Notes: generated by a model from the sequence alone, not told the origin. A DNA stretch of 64,000 nt from Octopus sinensis (GCF_006345805.1 NC_042999.1:129394001-129458000); one strand, 5' to 3'. Positions 1 to 13,146 are shown, numbered from the stretch's first letter. Made by a program: numbers and translations.

Positions 1-1015
1 AAGATTAAAGCAGTAATTTGTCAGATATACAAGAAAAGAATAATAATAAAAAAAAAAAGAATGAAAATAAAGTGCAAAAACTGACCTACCCTACAGAAAA
101 GGTACTTGTCTAGATAAAATATCTATATCGAAAGAATACCGATTAATTATGACACCTGACATAATAGATAGATATTGATTAGTTTGTATGATTTGTAAAG
201 AACACTAAAACGTTCAGCAGCTCATGTGACTGAATAGGATAACAATATAAGAGACAAGACTGAATAAAAATAAACAAAATATTACATTACTAAAAATAGG
301 AAAAATAAAGGGAAAAAGACGAAGAATGAAAAGCCAAAAAAAAAACAAACAAACAAACAAACGGAAATCTTTATGCAGTCTTTATCTCGTCAACGGTTTT
401 GATTGTTTTTAGCAGCCGACATTTTGATTAATTTCTATAAAGACATCAGTTTATGTAGAATTTCTGTCTACGCTTGAGTGGTTTCCTTTCTGCAGTATTT
501 ACAAAACTATGCCACCACTAATAAAATCAATGTTTACTTGAAAGAGAATTTTAAAAAAGTTTAGAAAATAGTCTTTCTACTTCAATTTTCTTAAAAGCTA
601 AATGATCGTTAGGGGTGAGTGCTAACTGGAGTCACTATTTTTAAGAGTATGGTTAAGTAAAAAAGTGGAAAGGGTGCGAAGATTGAATATTTGATCTATT
701 GCTTGCAACTTCCTCAGAACTGTAAACAATTATCGATAATGATTTTCATTTTTGTAGTCATATTTGTTGTAAAGTAGGAGATAGTAAACTAAGTAATTAA
801 CCTCAGTGAATTTTTTTCCTTCAAAAAGATATTCTATTAATTAGTCTTCCTCTATAATGCACATCATCGTTGTGTCGATGTAAAAAATTATTATATTAAA
901 AATAGTGTTGAGTTAGCACTAAAAATGGTGTTGAATTAGTTAGAGATTTCTATTTTGATTGAAGTAGATTCCCCTCGTTTGTACTCTTTATACTCTTAAG
1001 AAGGGTATAAACAAC

Positions 1016-1210
1016 ACCTATTCCTTTACTACCCACAAGGAGCTAAACACAGAGAGGACAAACAAGGACAGACAAATGGATTAAGTCGATTATATCGACC
1101 CCGAAAGGATGAAAGGCAAAGTCGACTTCGGCGGAATTTGAACTCAGAACATAACGGCAGACGAAATACGGCTACGTATTTCGCCCGGCGTGCTAACGTT
1201 ACTGCCAGCT
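1016..1210 (-). mobile_element. tRNA-derived SINE (short family), internally deleted copy
   Basis: Reverse complement matches the + copy at 41747-41982. It lacks the ~32 nt between the two ATCGACCCC repeats that are both present at 53515-53560 (microhomology deletion). Confidence 0.85.
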
Positions 1211-1681
1211 GATACCATCCAATCACTGAACTCTAAAAATATTAATCCCAAGAGGGCGCCTTTACGTCTGTCTGGCCACTTGACATGCTTGAAATAGCAG
1301 CAAAATCTTTTTCAAATCACACCACATGGTCTTAAAGAAGACCATGAATTTCACAATAAAGTTCACAACAAGCAGAATAGATAGGATAGTCATGACTGGA
1401 ATGCTTTTGATCATAGGTTTACTTAACCACAGCTGATCTCTGGCTAAATAACAATAATAAGTTTTAAAGTACTGATCCCTTGTACCTAGGCAAAAGAAAT
1501 ATTTACTAGCAATACCCATGATAATTCCACTACCCACTTCCTTCCACTCCGTAAAATATTCTGTTTTCAATTTCTTAATCTTTTGATTTATTTCCAGGAA
1601 ATCTTGTCTATTCTCTTCAGTCATATTTTCTCTTCTAGACTGTTTTATCATTCTGGCTCATGCAAAATATTCTTGCCTCTC

Positions 1682-2073
1682 ATTATTACCTCCGCCTTCG
1701 CTAAGGAGGATTAGCTAATGCAGAGGTGCTGTTTTCAGTCATGTTTGTTTGTTTGTTTGTATGTCCATGGACAAAGTATCTCAAGAACCACTGGATGGAT
1801 TTAGATGAAACATTCAGGGATGTTTGACCTCATGACTGGCACAAACTGATTATATTTTAGGATCAATCTGGTACCGGATAAGGGTTTTGGATTATTTTTC
1901 CTGTCTTTTTACTTAATTTTTGAGAGTGGTTGGGTTCAATTTTAGTATTCTAATTTGTGAGAGCAGTTGAGTTTATTTCAGATATTATCAATTTAAAAAT
2001 CATCTCCAGCTAATCGTTGAGAGGACGTTGGTGTTGCCTAGGTGGCGTTTTGCAGTCCCAGAGTGCTCTTGTT
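1682..2073 (+). mobile_element. Non-autonomous DINE-1/HINE-like (Helentron-associated) element
   Basis: Starts ATTATTACCTCCGCC..AAGGAGG (hairpin), then a (GTTT)n microsatellite, and ends with a GGTGGCGTTTTGCAGTCCCAGAGTGCTCTTGTT subterminal motif. A related 5' end lies at 39495-39605 (-). Classification is from remembered family architecture. Confidence 0.5.
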
Positions 2074-2984
2074 CATGTTTTGATGCCTTATTTAATTAAC
2101 AATAGTCATTCTTTCTATATTAGCTTTAGCTTTATTGTTCATCATATAACAACTTCTAGCTCCCTTTCTTGCATTAATTTCATTCCCATTCCTGACTCTC
2201 CTCTCTTTATTCCTAATCCTTATTCCTTCTCTTTACCCTTTCCCCAGTTCTTCCCTATATCTTCTCTGCTTCTCTTGATTTAATTCTCACTGCTGTGCTC
2301 TATGATCAATGTCCACCATTTTGATAATAACATAATTTAAGAAGCACTTGATATTAAATAGTTGGTAACACCTGTATCTGGGATATATTACACATTTTTA
2401 TGAAGAAAGTTAGGAAGATAGTAATTGATATGCAGTTTGTTGGGAAAACTCTGTATCTAGGACATTCCGTTTAACACATTTTTACAAAGGAGGAACATGG
2501 CAAAATTGTTAAATCAGTCATAAAATTGCACAACAAATCCTATTTTGAATTATGAAGTCCAAAGATTTTCTACTGTTTAAATTATTATTTTATTTGCTAG
2601 ATAGAGAATGAAATAACTAAAGATAATGATGTCAACAATTTTCATAAGTGGTCTTACTCTTCTTTCTCTATCTCTCCTTCCTGTTAAATCTAGTTCTCAT
2701 TCTCACTCTCCTAACTTTCTACTCATCCCATCCCTCACCCACACACATTTAATTTACCTCTCACTCTTACTCTGTCTCTCCAACTTATTTCAAAACATAA
2801 ACTCAAATAGTTGATGAAAACCTTAAAAAATTGTTTTTATCCAATGATGCTTTTGGTTACATGGTTGAAATAATGATTTAAAATCTGAATAAAGTATAGA
2901 TGTTCAACAAGAAAATTAGCAGAATAGATATCTAAGAATAAAAAGAATATATCTTTCTCTTGTTATTTAGTCCTTGTTTTCTGC

Positions 2985-3725
2985 AGCAGGCACAAGTGTT
3001 GGTACAAAAAGAATCAGAAAAATTGTCTTGTGATCCTTGCTCTTTTGATAGAGTAATACTGTACAGATAAAGTATTTACAACTTTAAAACTGAGAAGCTT
3101 TTAGCTATCACAGCAAATTTATGTAAGTTGGTGCCTGCTATATAAGCATATACCAGCAGAGTTAACTGGTCCTCGGTATCCCTAGCTCCAGAAGTTGAGC
3201 TCTCATCAGCTATAACAAATGTTTCTTAAGGCAATAATTTCAGAACAATATTTCACCAGCATTATATACTTGTTCTGCTGTTAACAATTTAAAAGTGATT
3301 ATCTTTGCAAACTCTTCAATGTATTTTTTTGTCTGCTTTATGATCAACTGATACCATATCAAATTTTTGAGAATATTCACAGCTGTTTTTCAATATTTTA
3401 TTCCTTATGACAAACTTTTGCTTGTCTGGTGATCATCAGTCTGTTAAACAGTACTTGTTCACTTCAACATAGACAAATATACTTTGTCATCATGTGATAA
3501 AGATCTTCAGGTTTTGGTGTATGCAATGTTTTTTACATTTTTCATTAATTTCTGTCAAAACTTTCAGCAAAGAACTTCAAGCTTTTTTTAGCTTCTTAGA
3601 TTATTCCAACACCAAACTCCTCAGTTGAATACACACTTACACTAACTGTTGAATTTTTCCAGTAACTTCATTTTCTATACTTTTGATAAATATGCTTCCG
3701 CTCTTTGGACAGTTAGTGATATCTG
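2985..3725 (-). mobile_element. Decayed Tigger/pogo (Jerky-like) transposase remnant
   Basis: Manual translation of the minus strand gives a KRKH.. HTH start, MITRQAKVCHKE, LTAEQVYNAG (3252-3284) and TFVIADESSTSGARDTEDQLTLLVYAYIAGT. These resemble the pogo DDE_1 'QIYNADETGL..KDRLTVL.CANA.G' motifs. Many stops and frameshifts. Confidence 0.75.
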
Positions 3726-3953
3726 TAGGGTATTTTCAATATCTAACAGTCTAATGAATAGCCCACAAAATTTCTAAATACTTTAGGGAATTTTCCGTTC
3801 GCAGTGCTTCTCTTGCTCAACAAATTTTCAGATTTTGTAATTTCAGAAAAAGGACCATGTTTTGTTTATGCATTTCATCTTTAGCACATTTTCTAAAGCT
3901 GGTTGCTCTTACTATCATCAGCTGCTTTACAGTATGTGAAATTATGCCAATAT

Positions 3954-4340
3954 AATTTCCCAGAGGAGTTCCTAAACAGCTGCTACTTTAGTATAGTGCC
4001 CCAACCATATGCTTTGACTTGGAAAATGGAATGTACTATCATACTAAGGTAAACTTTAAAAAAAATATGAAAAAGCTATACAATAGAACTAGGTGAACTT
4101 ATTTTTGAAGACAGTATTGTTATGAAAGATGGACATAATGGAAAACGTGTCATTGTGTCAAGAATTAAAATGAGACCTTCTGATACAACTCTGCTATTCA
4201 CTTTTACATGATTATAGCTTCCATTTTGACCATCATTTGCACAGACAGTCAATACATTTTTACAGTTCTGTTCCCCACACCCATGAAATGGATCTATTTT
4301 CACATGAACAATTGTATGTAGGTCTGCCAAAAACTAGATT
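3954..4340 (+). mobile_element. Helitron RepHel (PIF1-type helicase) C-terminal remnant
   Basis: Translation gives NFPEEFLNS..ILR*TL..LYNRTR, then VSRIKMRPSDTTLLFTF..PSFAQTVN and FSHEQLYVG. These match the Helitron motifs 'EFLNSL..LCNGTRL..IPRI..PSD..FAMTINK..FSHGQLYVA'. Multiple stops. Confidence 0.8.
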
Positions 4341-4458
4341 GGGAGCTGCAGATAAATGTTGGAAAAAGTCACTAAGATTGTTTATTTTGAAATTTTCCAG
4401 CATTAAGTTATTTTTTATCATCTGGATACCTTATACAGAGTGCCAGTAAATATATATA

Positions 4459-4826
4459 GGCACAGGAGTGGCTGTGTGGTAAGTAGCTTGCTTACCAATC
4501 ACATGGTTCCAGGTTCAGTCCCAGTGTGTGGCACTTTGGGCAAGTGTCTTCTACTACAGCTTCAGGCCGACCAAAGCCTTGTGAGTGGATTTGGTAGACA
4601 GAAACTGAAAGAAGTCTGTTGTGTGTGTGTGTGTGTGTGTTTGTTCCCCCAACATCACTTGACAACCGATTGTTGGTGTGTTTATGTCCCTGTAACCTAG
4701 TGGTTCAGCAAAAGGGACCGATGGAATAAGTACTAGACTTCCAAAGAATAAGTCCTGTGGTTGATTTGTTTGACTAAAGTGGTGCTCCAGCATGGCTGCA
4801 GTCAAATGACTGAAACAAATAAAAGA

Positions 4827-4831
<5 letters not shown>
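4459..4831 (+). mobile_element. tRNA-derived SINE (long family with internal microsatellite)
   Basis: A box TGGCTGTGTGG, B box GGTTCAGTCC, central (TG)n, 3' GACTGAAACAAATAAAAGAATAA tail. Many copies in the window. Confidence 0.9.
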
Positions 4832-4879
<48 letters not shown>

Positions 4880-4880
<1 letters not shown>

Positions 4881-5170
4881 GTTTACTGGCACTCTCTTGG
4901 TTACAATAACGTGTGTTCCAGTTGAACAGCTTGCTCATGAAATTAAGATGCAAGTGGAAGAGCATACAATTAATGTATTCTTAAGAAGATTAAGAGTGAC
5001 AAGGCTGGCCCTTTGAAATACAGGTACAACTAATTTTTTCCCTGATAAGTACACTCAAGCATCATGAAATAAAGAGTCTTGTTGAAGGACACAATAGCTG
5101 TCGGGAATGAAACTCACAACATTACAATTTGTGAGCTGAATACCCTAATCACTAAGTCATGTGCCTTCAC
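4880..5170 (-). mobile_element. Degenerate tRNA-derived SINE (third family)
   Basis: Co-linear with the better-preserved copy at 49226-49548. Confidence 0.75.
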
Positions 5171-5261
5171 TGGTCTGGCATGGCTGATTGGACATTCAAC
5201 CTATTTTAACAACTGTATGTGTATATATATATATATATATATACACACATCTACATATATA

Positions 5262-5672
5262 TTCTATCTTTCATCATGTTTCAGTCATTAGACTGTGGCC
5301 ATGCTGGGGCACTGCTTTGAAGAATTTTTAGTCAAATGAATTGACCCTAGTACATATTTTTTTGTTAAGTTTGGTACTTATTCTATCAGTCTCTTTGCTG
5401 AACTGCTAGGTTACAGGGATGTAAACACACCAACACTGGTTGTCAAGCAGTGGTGGGGAACAAATATAGACACAAAGACACACACACACAAAGATACATA
5501 TACATACATATATATGACAAGCTTCTTTCAGTTTCCATCTACCAAATCCATTCACAAGGCTTTGGTTGGCCCGAGGCTATAGTAGAAGACACCTGCGAAA
5601 GGTATCACATAATGGGACTGAACACAGAACCATGTGGTTGGGAAGCAAGTTTCATACCATACAGCCATGCCT
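5262..5672 (-). mobile_element. tRNA-derived SINE (long family)
   Basis: Reverse-complement match to 4459-4831. Confidence 0.9.
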
Positions 5673-5684
5673 GTATTGTATATG

Positions 5685-5733
<49 letters not shown>

Positions 5734-5808
5734 TAAATCATAAATCCAAAAGAGAAGCACGGTCTAAGTCATAGAGCAGTAGAGTATTTAAAGAATGTTA
5801 GTTATGTT

Positions 5809-6778
5809 TCATTCTGGAATATTTGTCTCACAAATTGTCTCCAAGAATTACATCCCCATTACATAGATGTGATCTTATTTGAGCTTTTTTATAGAATCAG
5901 TAAGTGATCAGTGTGGAAGTATTTCCTGACCCCACAGAGGAATCCTAGTATTTGTGATGCAGTGTTGTATACCTTGCAGGAGTGGAATATTAGAGATAAT
6001 TAACGATGTCCAGCATAGAATTTGAAGCAATTTTGAGAGTTTGAGTTATTCATGAGCAGAATGATTGTGGTACAACATTTTTGTCTGGGTAGAGTAGCAT
6101 TTGAGTGTTTGTACTATTGAAAGAGATAAAGGTGTCATGACTTTGTTATCTGCTGTGAAGATTTTTGTTTCTAGACTCAGTCTGTCTGAGATAATGTGTA
6201 GTTGTATGTGTTGATGACGCCTGCATACAGATGATTGTAGAAATGAAGTACAGAGAACTGTGTGTTTAGACTATAATGATGTAGACATCGAGATGGTTTA
6301 TGCAGAACATAGTATTGGGGCATTGTTGTTGTTCTTTATACTTCTCTATGAATATACCCATGGTAAAAAGATAACTGCAACAGAAAATTTCTATAGGTAT
6401 GACAGTGACATACCTTCTTGGTATATACCCTGTTTAATAGATTTCTGTTAACTTATTTCAGAACAGTGGTATGGCTTCTTTTCTGTATGAATTATCACTG
6501 TTTCCCTTCATCATTTATGCCTATTTTTTTCCATGCTAGTATAAGTCATAAAGATTTACTGGGGCAGGAATTTTTATGGCCGAACAACCTTCCTGTTGCC
6601 AACCCTCGTTTGATTCTAATTAAGATATTATTTACTCATGCCTTTCAAATTGCAAGCTGTTCACCACATACTATTCCTCTTCATCTTTTGAATTGCTAGA
6701 CATCTCTTTGCAGCAGGTGTAAACAAAGACATTGTCTCTATAGAGATATTGCATATGCAGTGTGTAGATGGCTAGACA
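5809..6778. repeat. ~1-kb local duplication, copy 1 (contains CR1/Jockey-group LINE remnant and an RTE-type tail fragment on the minus strand)
   Basis: Co-linear with 10605-11568, with scattered substitutions and indels. Minus-strand translation ..VRKYFHTDHLLIL*KAQIRSHL resembles the C-terminal part of a CR1/Jockey-group RT. Confidence 0.85.
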
Positions 6779-7043
6779 AAATTTGTAGCTAAATATTAAC
6801 TAAAATATTTTAATATCAGGGCTATGCCCAACTTGTAATACGAAGCAACCATCTCCAATCTCTTGTTAATAATTGGAGGTATAAGTTTATTAGGAAATAC
6901 AGCAAGCATACTATGTGTGTGTGTATTTAGAGAATGTTAGTTATAGCCACTGGCCATTAGGGTCTGACAAGATGTGTGTAAAGCTAAGCGCTTTATGGAT
7001 GCGAAACCCTGGGTAACCCTATGAACTGGTCATAACTAACATT

Positions 7044-9277
7044 CATCATCATCATCATCATCATCATCATCGTTTAACGTCCATTTTCCATGCTAGCACG
7101 GGTTGGACGGTTCGACCGGGGTCTGGGAAGCCAGGGGCTGCACCAGGCTCCAGTCTGATCTGGCAGAGTTTCTACAGCTGGATGCCCTTCCTAACGCCAA
7201 CCACTCTGCGAGTGTAGTGGGTGCTTTTTACGTGCCACCTGCACCGGTGCCGGGGGGTCCGGCATCAGCCACGATCGGTTGGAGCTTTTAACGTGCCACC
7301 GGCACGGAAGCCAGCCAAGGCAGCGCTGGCAACGGCCACATTCGGATGGTGCTTTTTATGTGCCACCGGCATAGAAGCCAGTCGGGGCGGCGCTGGCATC
7401 GGCCACGTTTGGATGGTGCTTTTTATGTGCTACCGGCACAGAAGCCAGTCGAGGCGGCGCTGGCAATGGCCACATACGGATGGTGCTTTTTATGTGCCAC
7501 CGGCACAGGTATCACAACTACTATTTCCATTGATATTTATTTCGATGTTCATGTTCATGTTCATGTACTTGACTCAACAGGTCTCAAGCACAGCGGGACA
7601 TTCTGGGATCCAGGGCACTTTGAATGGGCAGGGGGCTATGTGGAACTGGTGCAAGAAGCAGCCCGGGTCTTTGCAGAGATCTCGGTCCTTCGCCATTGCC
7701 TCAGTGAGGCCCAACGCTCTGAGGTCATGCTTGACTACCTCATCCCATGTCTTCCTGGGTCTACCTCTCCCCCTGATACCTTCAACTGTTTGGGAGTGGC
7801 ACTTCTTCACACATCTCTTCTCATCCATCCGCAGTACATGACCATACCATTGCAAGTTTCACTACCGTGAAGCATGGCAGTTCGCACACATGCATCATAC
7901 AATCTACCTTTCACTCTGAGCGAGAGACCCTTTGTCGCCAGTAGGGGTAGGAGCTTTCTGAACTTTGCCCAGGCTATTCATATTCTAGTGGTGATACTCT
8001 CTGAGCATCCACCTCCACTACTAACTTGGTCACCCAGGTAGCGGAAACTATCAACTACTTCTAGTTTCTTCCCCTGGAGTGTGATGGAATCTGTTTTCTG
8101 AGTGTCTGTGGTGTCTATTGTCCCTGTGCATCTGCTGCACATGAAAGCTATCTTATCAGTTAATTTCCCTTTGATGTTGTTGCACCTCTTATGCGTCCAT
8201 AGCTTACATTGGGTGCATCTTATGTTGTTTCTACCTACACCTTTCCTACAGATCGAGCAGGGCCACCTGCCTGAGGGTGTGTGTGCTGAGTTCGCCTTTC
8301 TGCTTACTATAACTTTGCTCTTTGCTACATTTACTCTAAGGCCCTTTGATTATAACCCTTGCTTCCACAACCGAAATTTCTTTTCTAGTTCCGGTAGTGA
8401 TTCTGGTATGAGAGCCAGGTCATCAGCATAGAGGAGCTCCCAGGGGCATCCTGTTTTGAATTCCTCTGTTATTGCCTGGAGGGCTATGATAAATAAAAGG
8501 GGACTGAGGGCTGAGCCTTGGTGTACACCTACTTCTACCCGGAATTCTTCACTATATTCGTTGCCAATCCTAACCTTGCTGACAGCCTCTCTGTATAGAG
8601 CCTGTACAGCCCTTATTAGCCATTTGTCAATCTCCAATTTCCGCATCAACCACCAGATAAGGGATCGGGGAACCCTGTCAAAGGCTTTCTTCAAGTCCAC
8701 AAAAGCTATGTAGAGGGGTTTATCTTTAGCTAGGTACTTCTCCTGCAGTTGTCGGACCAGGAATATAGCATCAGTGGTGCTTCTACCCGGCACAAAACCG
8801 AACTGCATCTCATCTAAGCAAATTCTCTCCCTAATGAGATGGGTTATGACCCTCTCTGTGACCTTCATCACCTGATCCAATAGTTTAATACCCCTGTAGT
8901 TATTTCTATCTAGAGCATCACCCTTACCCTTGTAGCAGTTGACTATGGTGCTGCTACACCAGTCATTGGGTATGACTCCATTGTGAACTACCTGGTTTAC
9001 AATGCGGGTGACTAGGCCATAGCCCACATAGCCAGCTGTTTTAAGCATTCCAGCAGTGATTCCTGATGGGCCGGGGGCTTTACCTGTTTTCATATCCTTA
9101 ATTGCCTTAACTACAAGGGAGCTGTCTATTCGGATAGCTGGTCCCTCTACTGGGTCAACATTTGGCAGGCTCTCCTCCTCCCATTCATTCTCCTCATTCA
9201 GCAGTCTTTCATAATGGCTTCTCCAAGCCTCTTTCTTTTCACCAACATTAAAAGCAAGTACCCCATCATCCTTGCGG
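7044..9277 (-). mobile_element. 5'-truncated RTE LINE (RT, PHD-like Cys region, 3' UTR with ~67-nt repeats, (GAT)n tail)
   Basis: ORF 8350-9324 has KAPGPSGIT, GVHQGSALSPLLF and LLYADDL, and ends in a premature TAA. ORF 7574-7855 has WYGHV..RGRGRPRKTW. (CAT)n at 7044-7070. Confidence 0.95.
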
Positions 9278-9330
9278 ATTATATACACACACACATAAAT
9301 ATATATATGTATATGAGTAGCCACATGTTA

Positions 9331-9671
9331 CAGACACACACATTTACACATGCACTAGTCAAAGTCACTAGCCCCTATTCACACACACACACACATTCAC
9401 ACACCATTCTCACATACACACACATGCACACCTTCATGTGGGATCACCATCACTTTATTATCTCCCTTTCTTCCAATCTCGTTGCCATGCTTGACCACTA
9501 AATTTACAGGTTTTTTTCATTCTCTCTCTGTTTATTTTCTCTTATTCCTTTCTGTCGAAGAGCATAGGTTCCAAATGTAAAAGACTTTTCATTTTCCTGA
9601 GCATCAAACTAATACACCTGCTTGTTGTTCATACACCCATCTTCGTTTTTTGTGTTTCTATAAATTTCAAC
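9331..9671 (+). mobile_element. Penelope-like element 3' (pLTR) fragment with decayed hammerhead-like motif
   Basis: Co-linear with 45676-46046. Contains CTGTCGAAGAGCATAGGTTCCAAATGTAAAAG (9552-9583) and ends in (TA)n. Confidence 0.7.
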
Positions 9672-10604
9672 TATATATATGTAAATATATAGTATACTTG
9701 CTGCATTTCCTTATAAACTTATTCCCCTAATTATTAACAAGAGATTGGAAATGTTTGGTTGGTATCACAAGTTGGGTATGACCCTGTTATTAAAATATTT
9801 TAGTTAACATTTAGCTAATAATTTTTTCAAATATTTTATTTTATTGTTTTATAATTATTTTTTAAAAATCACTATTTTTATCAATGGTGACAATGTTGCT
9901 GAGCTTGAACACATTAAATAAACTATTTATGAAATAACAGTATAATGATGTTACCACTGATTATGAGAATAAATTTCTGTTATCTGCATACAATGTCAAA
10001 TAATCAATATTATCTCTTCTCCCTTCAGGAAATTTGTTACACAGAATATATAAGGAATATTCTGAAAAACTATTTTTATTAAAAATCTGTGTTAAGTTAT
10101 ATATTGGTTGTTTTTTGCTTGAGTTAGTGAAAGGAGGAGGTGGAGGAGGAGGAGAAGGAGGGATGGCCATGAATTTTGCAAGACTTCTCAGACTGGGAAG
10201 ATTTGTGTGGTTGATATTGATTTTGAAGATCTGTAAGAAAAACATGGGCAGAAAAAGAATTTTACAGGACAGCTGTGGTAGAGAGGAAGGATTGAATAAA
10301 GTGCTTAGTTTTTTACCCCAAGAGAGACAGGAAGAGGAGAATGAAATAGGTGGGACCTAGTATGTAGCAAGCTAATTCACAGAAATATAGAGGTTATTAC
10401 GGCAGTGATAAAAGAGTGTGCTTTTGAGCAAGTGGCTGAAGTTTATTTGTCATTGAATATTTGGTTTATGAGACATTTTGGCTCAATCATTTAGGCATAA
10501 CTGATTTGATGTATATTTGCCTCCAGTGCCATATTTGCCTCCAGTTTGAATGTCCAATCAGCCATGCCAAATCATCAGCATTCAAACAGTTGCACCCAAT
10601 TGTC

Positions 10605-11568
10605 TCATTCTGGAATATTTGTCTGACAAATTGTCTTCAAGGATTACACCTCCATTACATAGATGTGTTCTTGTTTGAGCTTTTTTATAGAGTTAGCAAG
10701 TGATCAGTGTGGAAGTTTTTCCTGACCCCACAGATGAATCCTAGTATTTGTGATGCAATGTTGTATACCTTGCAGGAGTGGAATATTAGAGATAATCAAA
10801 GATTTCCAGCATAGAATTTTGAGAGTTTGAGTTATTCATGAGTAGAATGAATGTGATACATTTTTGTCTGGGTAGTGTAGCTTTTGAGTGTTTGCACTAT
10901 TGAAAGAGATAAAGGTGTCATGACTTTGTTTATCTGCTGTGAAGATAATATGTGTAGTTGCAATTTGATGACTCCTGCATACAGATAATTGTAGAAATGA
11001 AGAGAAGTACAGAGAACTGTGTGTTTAGAATATAATAATGTAGATACCTGGATGGTTTACACAGAACATAGTACTGGAGCATTGGTGTTGTTTCTTTTTT
11101 ATATATACTTTTCTATGAATATACCCATGGTAAAAATATAACTGCAACAGAATGTTTCTAATGGTATGGCAGTGACATACCTTCTTGGAATATACCTTGT
11201 TTAATAGATTTCTGCTTATTATTTCAGAACATTGAAGGTACAATTCACTATACCACAGTGGTATGGCTTCTTTCCTGTATGAATTATGACTGTTTCTCTC
11301 ATCGTTGTTTTATGCCAATTTTTTGCATGCTAGCTTAAGTCATAAAGACTTACTGGGGCAGGAATTTTTATGGCCGAACAACCTTCCTGTTGCCAACCTT
11401 TGTTTGATTCCAGTTAAGATATTTTTTACCCATGCCTTTCAAATTGCAAGCTATTCACCACATACTATTCCTCTTCGTCTTTTGAATTGCAAGACATCTC
11501 TTTGCAGCAGGTGTAAAGATATTGTCTCAATAGTGATATTGCATATGCAGTGTGTAGATGGCCAGACA
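10605..11568. repeat. ~1-kb local duplication, copy 2
   Basis: Co-linear with 5809-6778. Confidence 0.85.
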
Positions 11569-12191
11569 TGTTTCCATAGCAGTAGTAAACTATGACATTA
11601 TCTACATGGTGACACAACCTACAGAGAGTGCAAACAATCTTAAGTCAATGGAAAAACACACACACACACACATTGAAAAATGTGGTATAGAGGGGTGACA
11701 AAAAATGACAAGAAAAACTAAATAAAAAATAACACATACAAACGTAAACATGCTTCACTTCTCATCAGCTTCCAATCAATTATCAACCATTTTGACACTT
11801 TTTGACAATATTGTTCAATTTGGTGGTATCAGCACCATGGAAACTGTTGGGACATAGATGAGCAAACACAAAAACCAAACAGAGACAAAAAATTTTACCA
11901 TGCAGCTATTCTTGTACCTAAGTCTTTTTGGGTATATAATGGTGCATATAGAACCATCTATAGTGTACACAATTAAAATTCCTCTTTGACAATATTGCAT
12001 TTAGTAGAGATAGTTATTACTGAAAAAGAGATAATTAGTTTTACAACACTATTACAGCATTCATCCAAAAAAATAATAAAATTTCTAAAGAGGTAACTGT
12101 TAACAGAAGCAAGATGGTAATATAATTCTATTAAACAAAAGTGGATTTAATTTAAATGATGTTAGTTAAATACTTTCAAACACAAATAGAT

Positions 12192-12746
12192 GCAGGCATG
12201 GTTGTGTGTTAAGAAGTTTGCTTTCCAACCACATAGTTTTAGGTTCAGTCTCACTATGTGACACCTTGAGTAAGTGTCTTCCACAATAACCCTGGGCTAA
12301 CCAAATTCTTGTGAATGGATTTGGTAAACAGAAAGAAGCTCATAGGCGCAGGAGTGGCTGTGTGGTAAGTAGCTTGCTAACCAACCACATGGTTCCGGGT
12401 TCAGTCCCACTGCATGGTATCTTGGGCAAGTGTCTCCTGCTATAGCCTCGGGCCGACCAATGCCTTGTGAGTGGATTTGGTAGACGGAAACTGAAAGAAG
12501 CCCGTCGTATATATGTATATATATATGTGTGTGTATGTTTGTGTGTCTGTGTTTGTCCCCCTAGCATTGCTTGACAACCGATGCTGGTGTGTTTATGTCC
12601 CCGTTACTTAGCGGTTCGGCAAAAGAGACCGATAGAATAAGTACTGGGCTTACAAAGAATAAGTCCTGGGGTCGATTTGCTCGACTAAAGGCGGTGCTCC
12701 AGCATGGCCACAGTCAAATGACTGAAACAAGTAAAAGAGTAAAGAG
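12192..12746 (+). mobile_element. Partial (12192-12340) plus full (12345-12746) long-family SINEs in tandem
   Basis: Both match 4459-4831. Confidence 0.9.
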
Positions 12747-12779
12747 TCATTGTATATATATATGTGTGTGTGTATGTTT

Positions 12780-13146
12780 GTGTCTCCTTAACTTTACATC
12801 ACATGATTGTCGTAAAACAACAGCCACTCTCATAAAAGCAGTGTCATTCCTTTCCAGTATTTTGCAAGAACATGTTTGGCCATGGGGAAAATATTACTTC
12901 ACTTGGAAACACTTGAGTTTGTTGACAAGAAAGATATCAAGGTGTAGAAAATCTGCCTCGATAAACTCTGTCCGACTCAAGCAAGCTTCCTTGTTGTTAG
13001 GAAGGGCATCCAGCTGTAAAAATCCTACCGAAACAGACACAGTAGCCTGGGGTAGACTTCTACCTGGCCAGCTCCTGTCAACAGTCCTACCTATACATGC
13101 ATGGAAGACAGACATTAAACGACGATGATGATGATGATGATGATGA
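12780..13146 (+). mobile_element. SINE-like element(s) ending in an RTE-type 3' end with (GAT)n tail
   Basis: TTAGGAAGGGCATCCAGCTGT..CATGGAAG..GATGATGAT matches the 3' end of the RTE at 21761-21933. Confidence 0.7.

Larger units (their letters stand above)
6786..9817. mobile_element. Old inverted-repeat (MITE/foldback-like) element split by later insertions
   Basis: 6786-6913 is the reverse complement of 9690-9817. Inner ends AATGTTAGTTAT (6933-6944) and ATAACTAACATT (7032-7043) flank an 87-nt spacer. The RTE and Penelope pieces interrupt the right arm. Confidence 0.6.

Noticed and set aside
1262-1651. 129-aa ORF
   Set aside because: No recognisable domain, and part of it looks like a dispersed repeat.
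5784-6944. 22-nt direct repeat read as the TSD of a retrocopy
   Set aside because: The right copy is better explained as the inner end of the inverted-repeat element arm, and the enclosed block has no tail.
9961-10360. LYADN motif and Pro-rich stretch suggesting a LINE RT gene
   Set aside because: Too decayed and out of order relative to the neighbouring LINE remnant to call with confidence.
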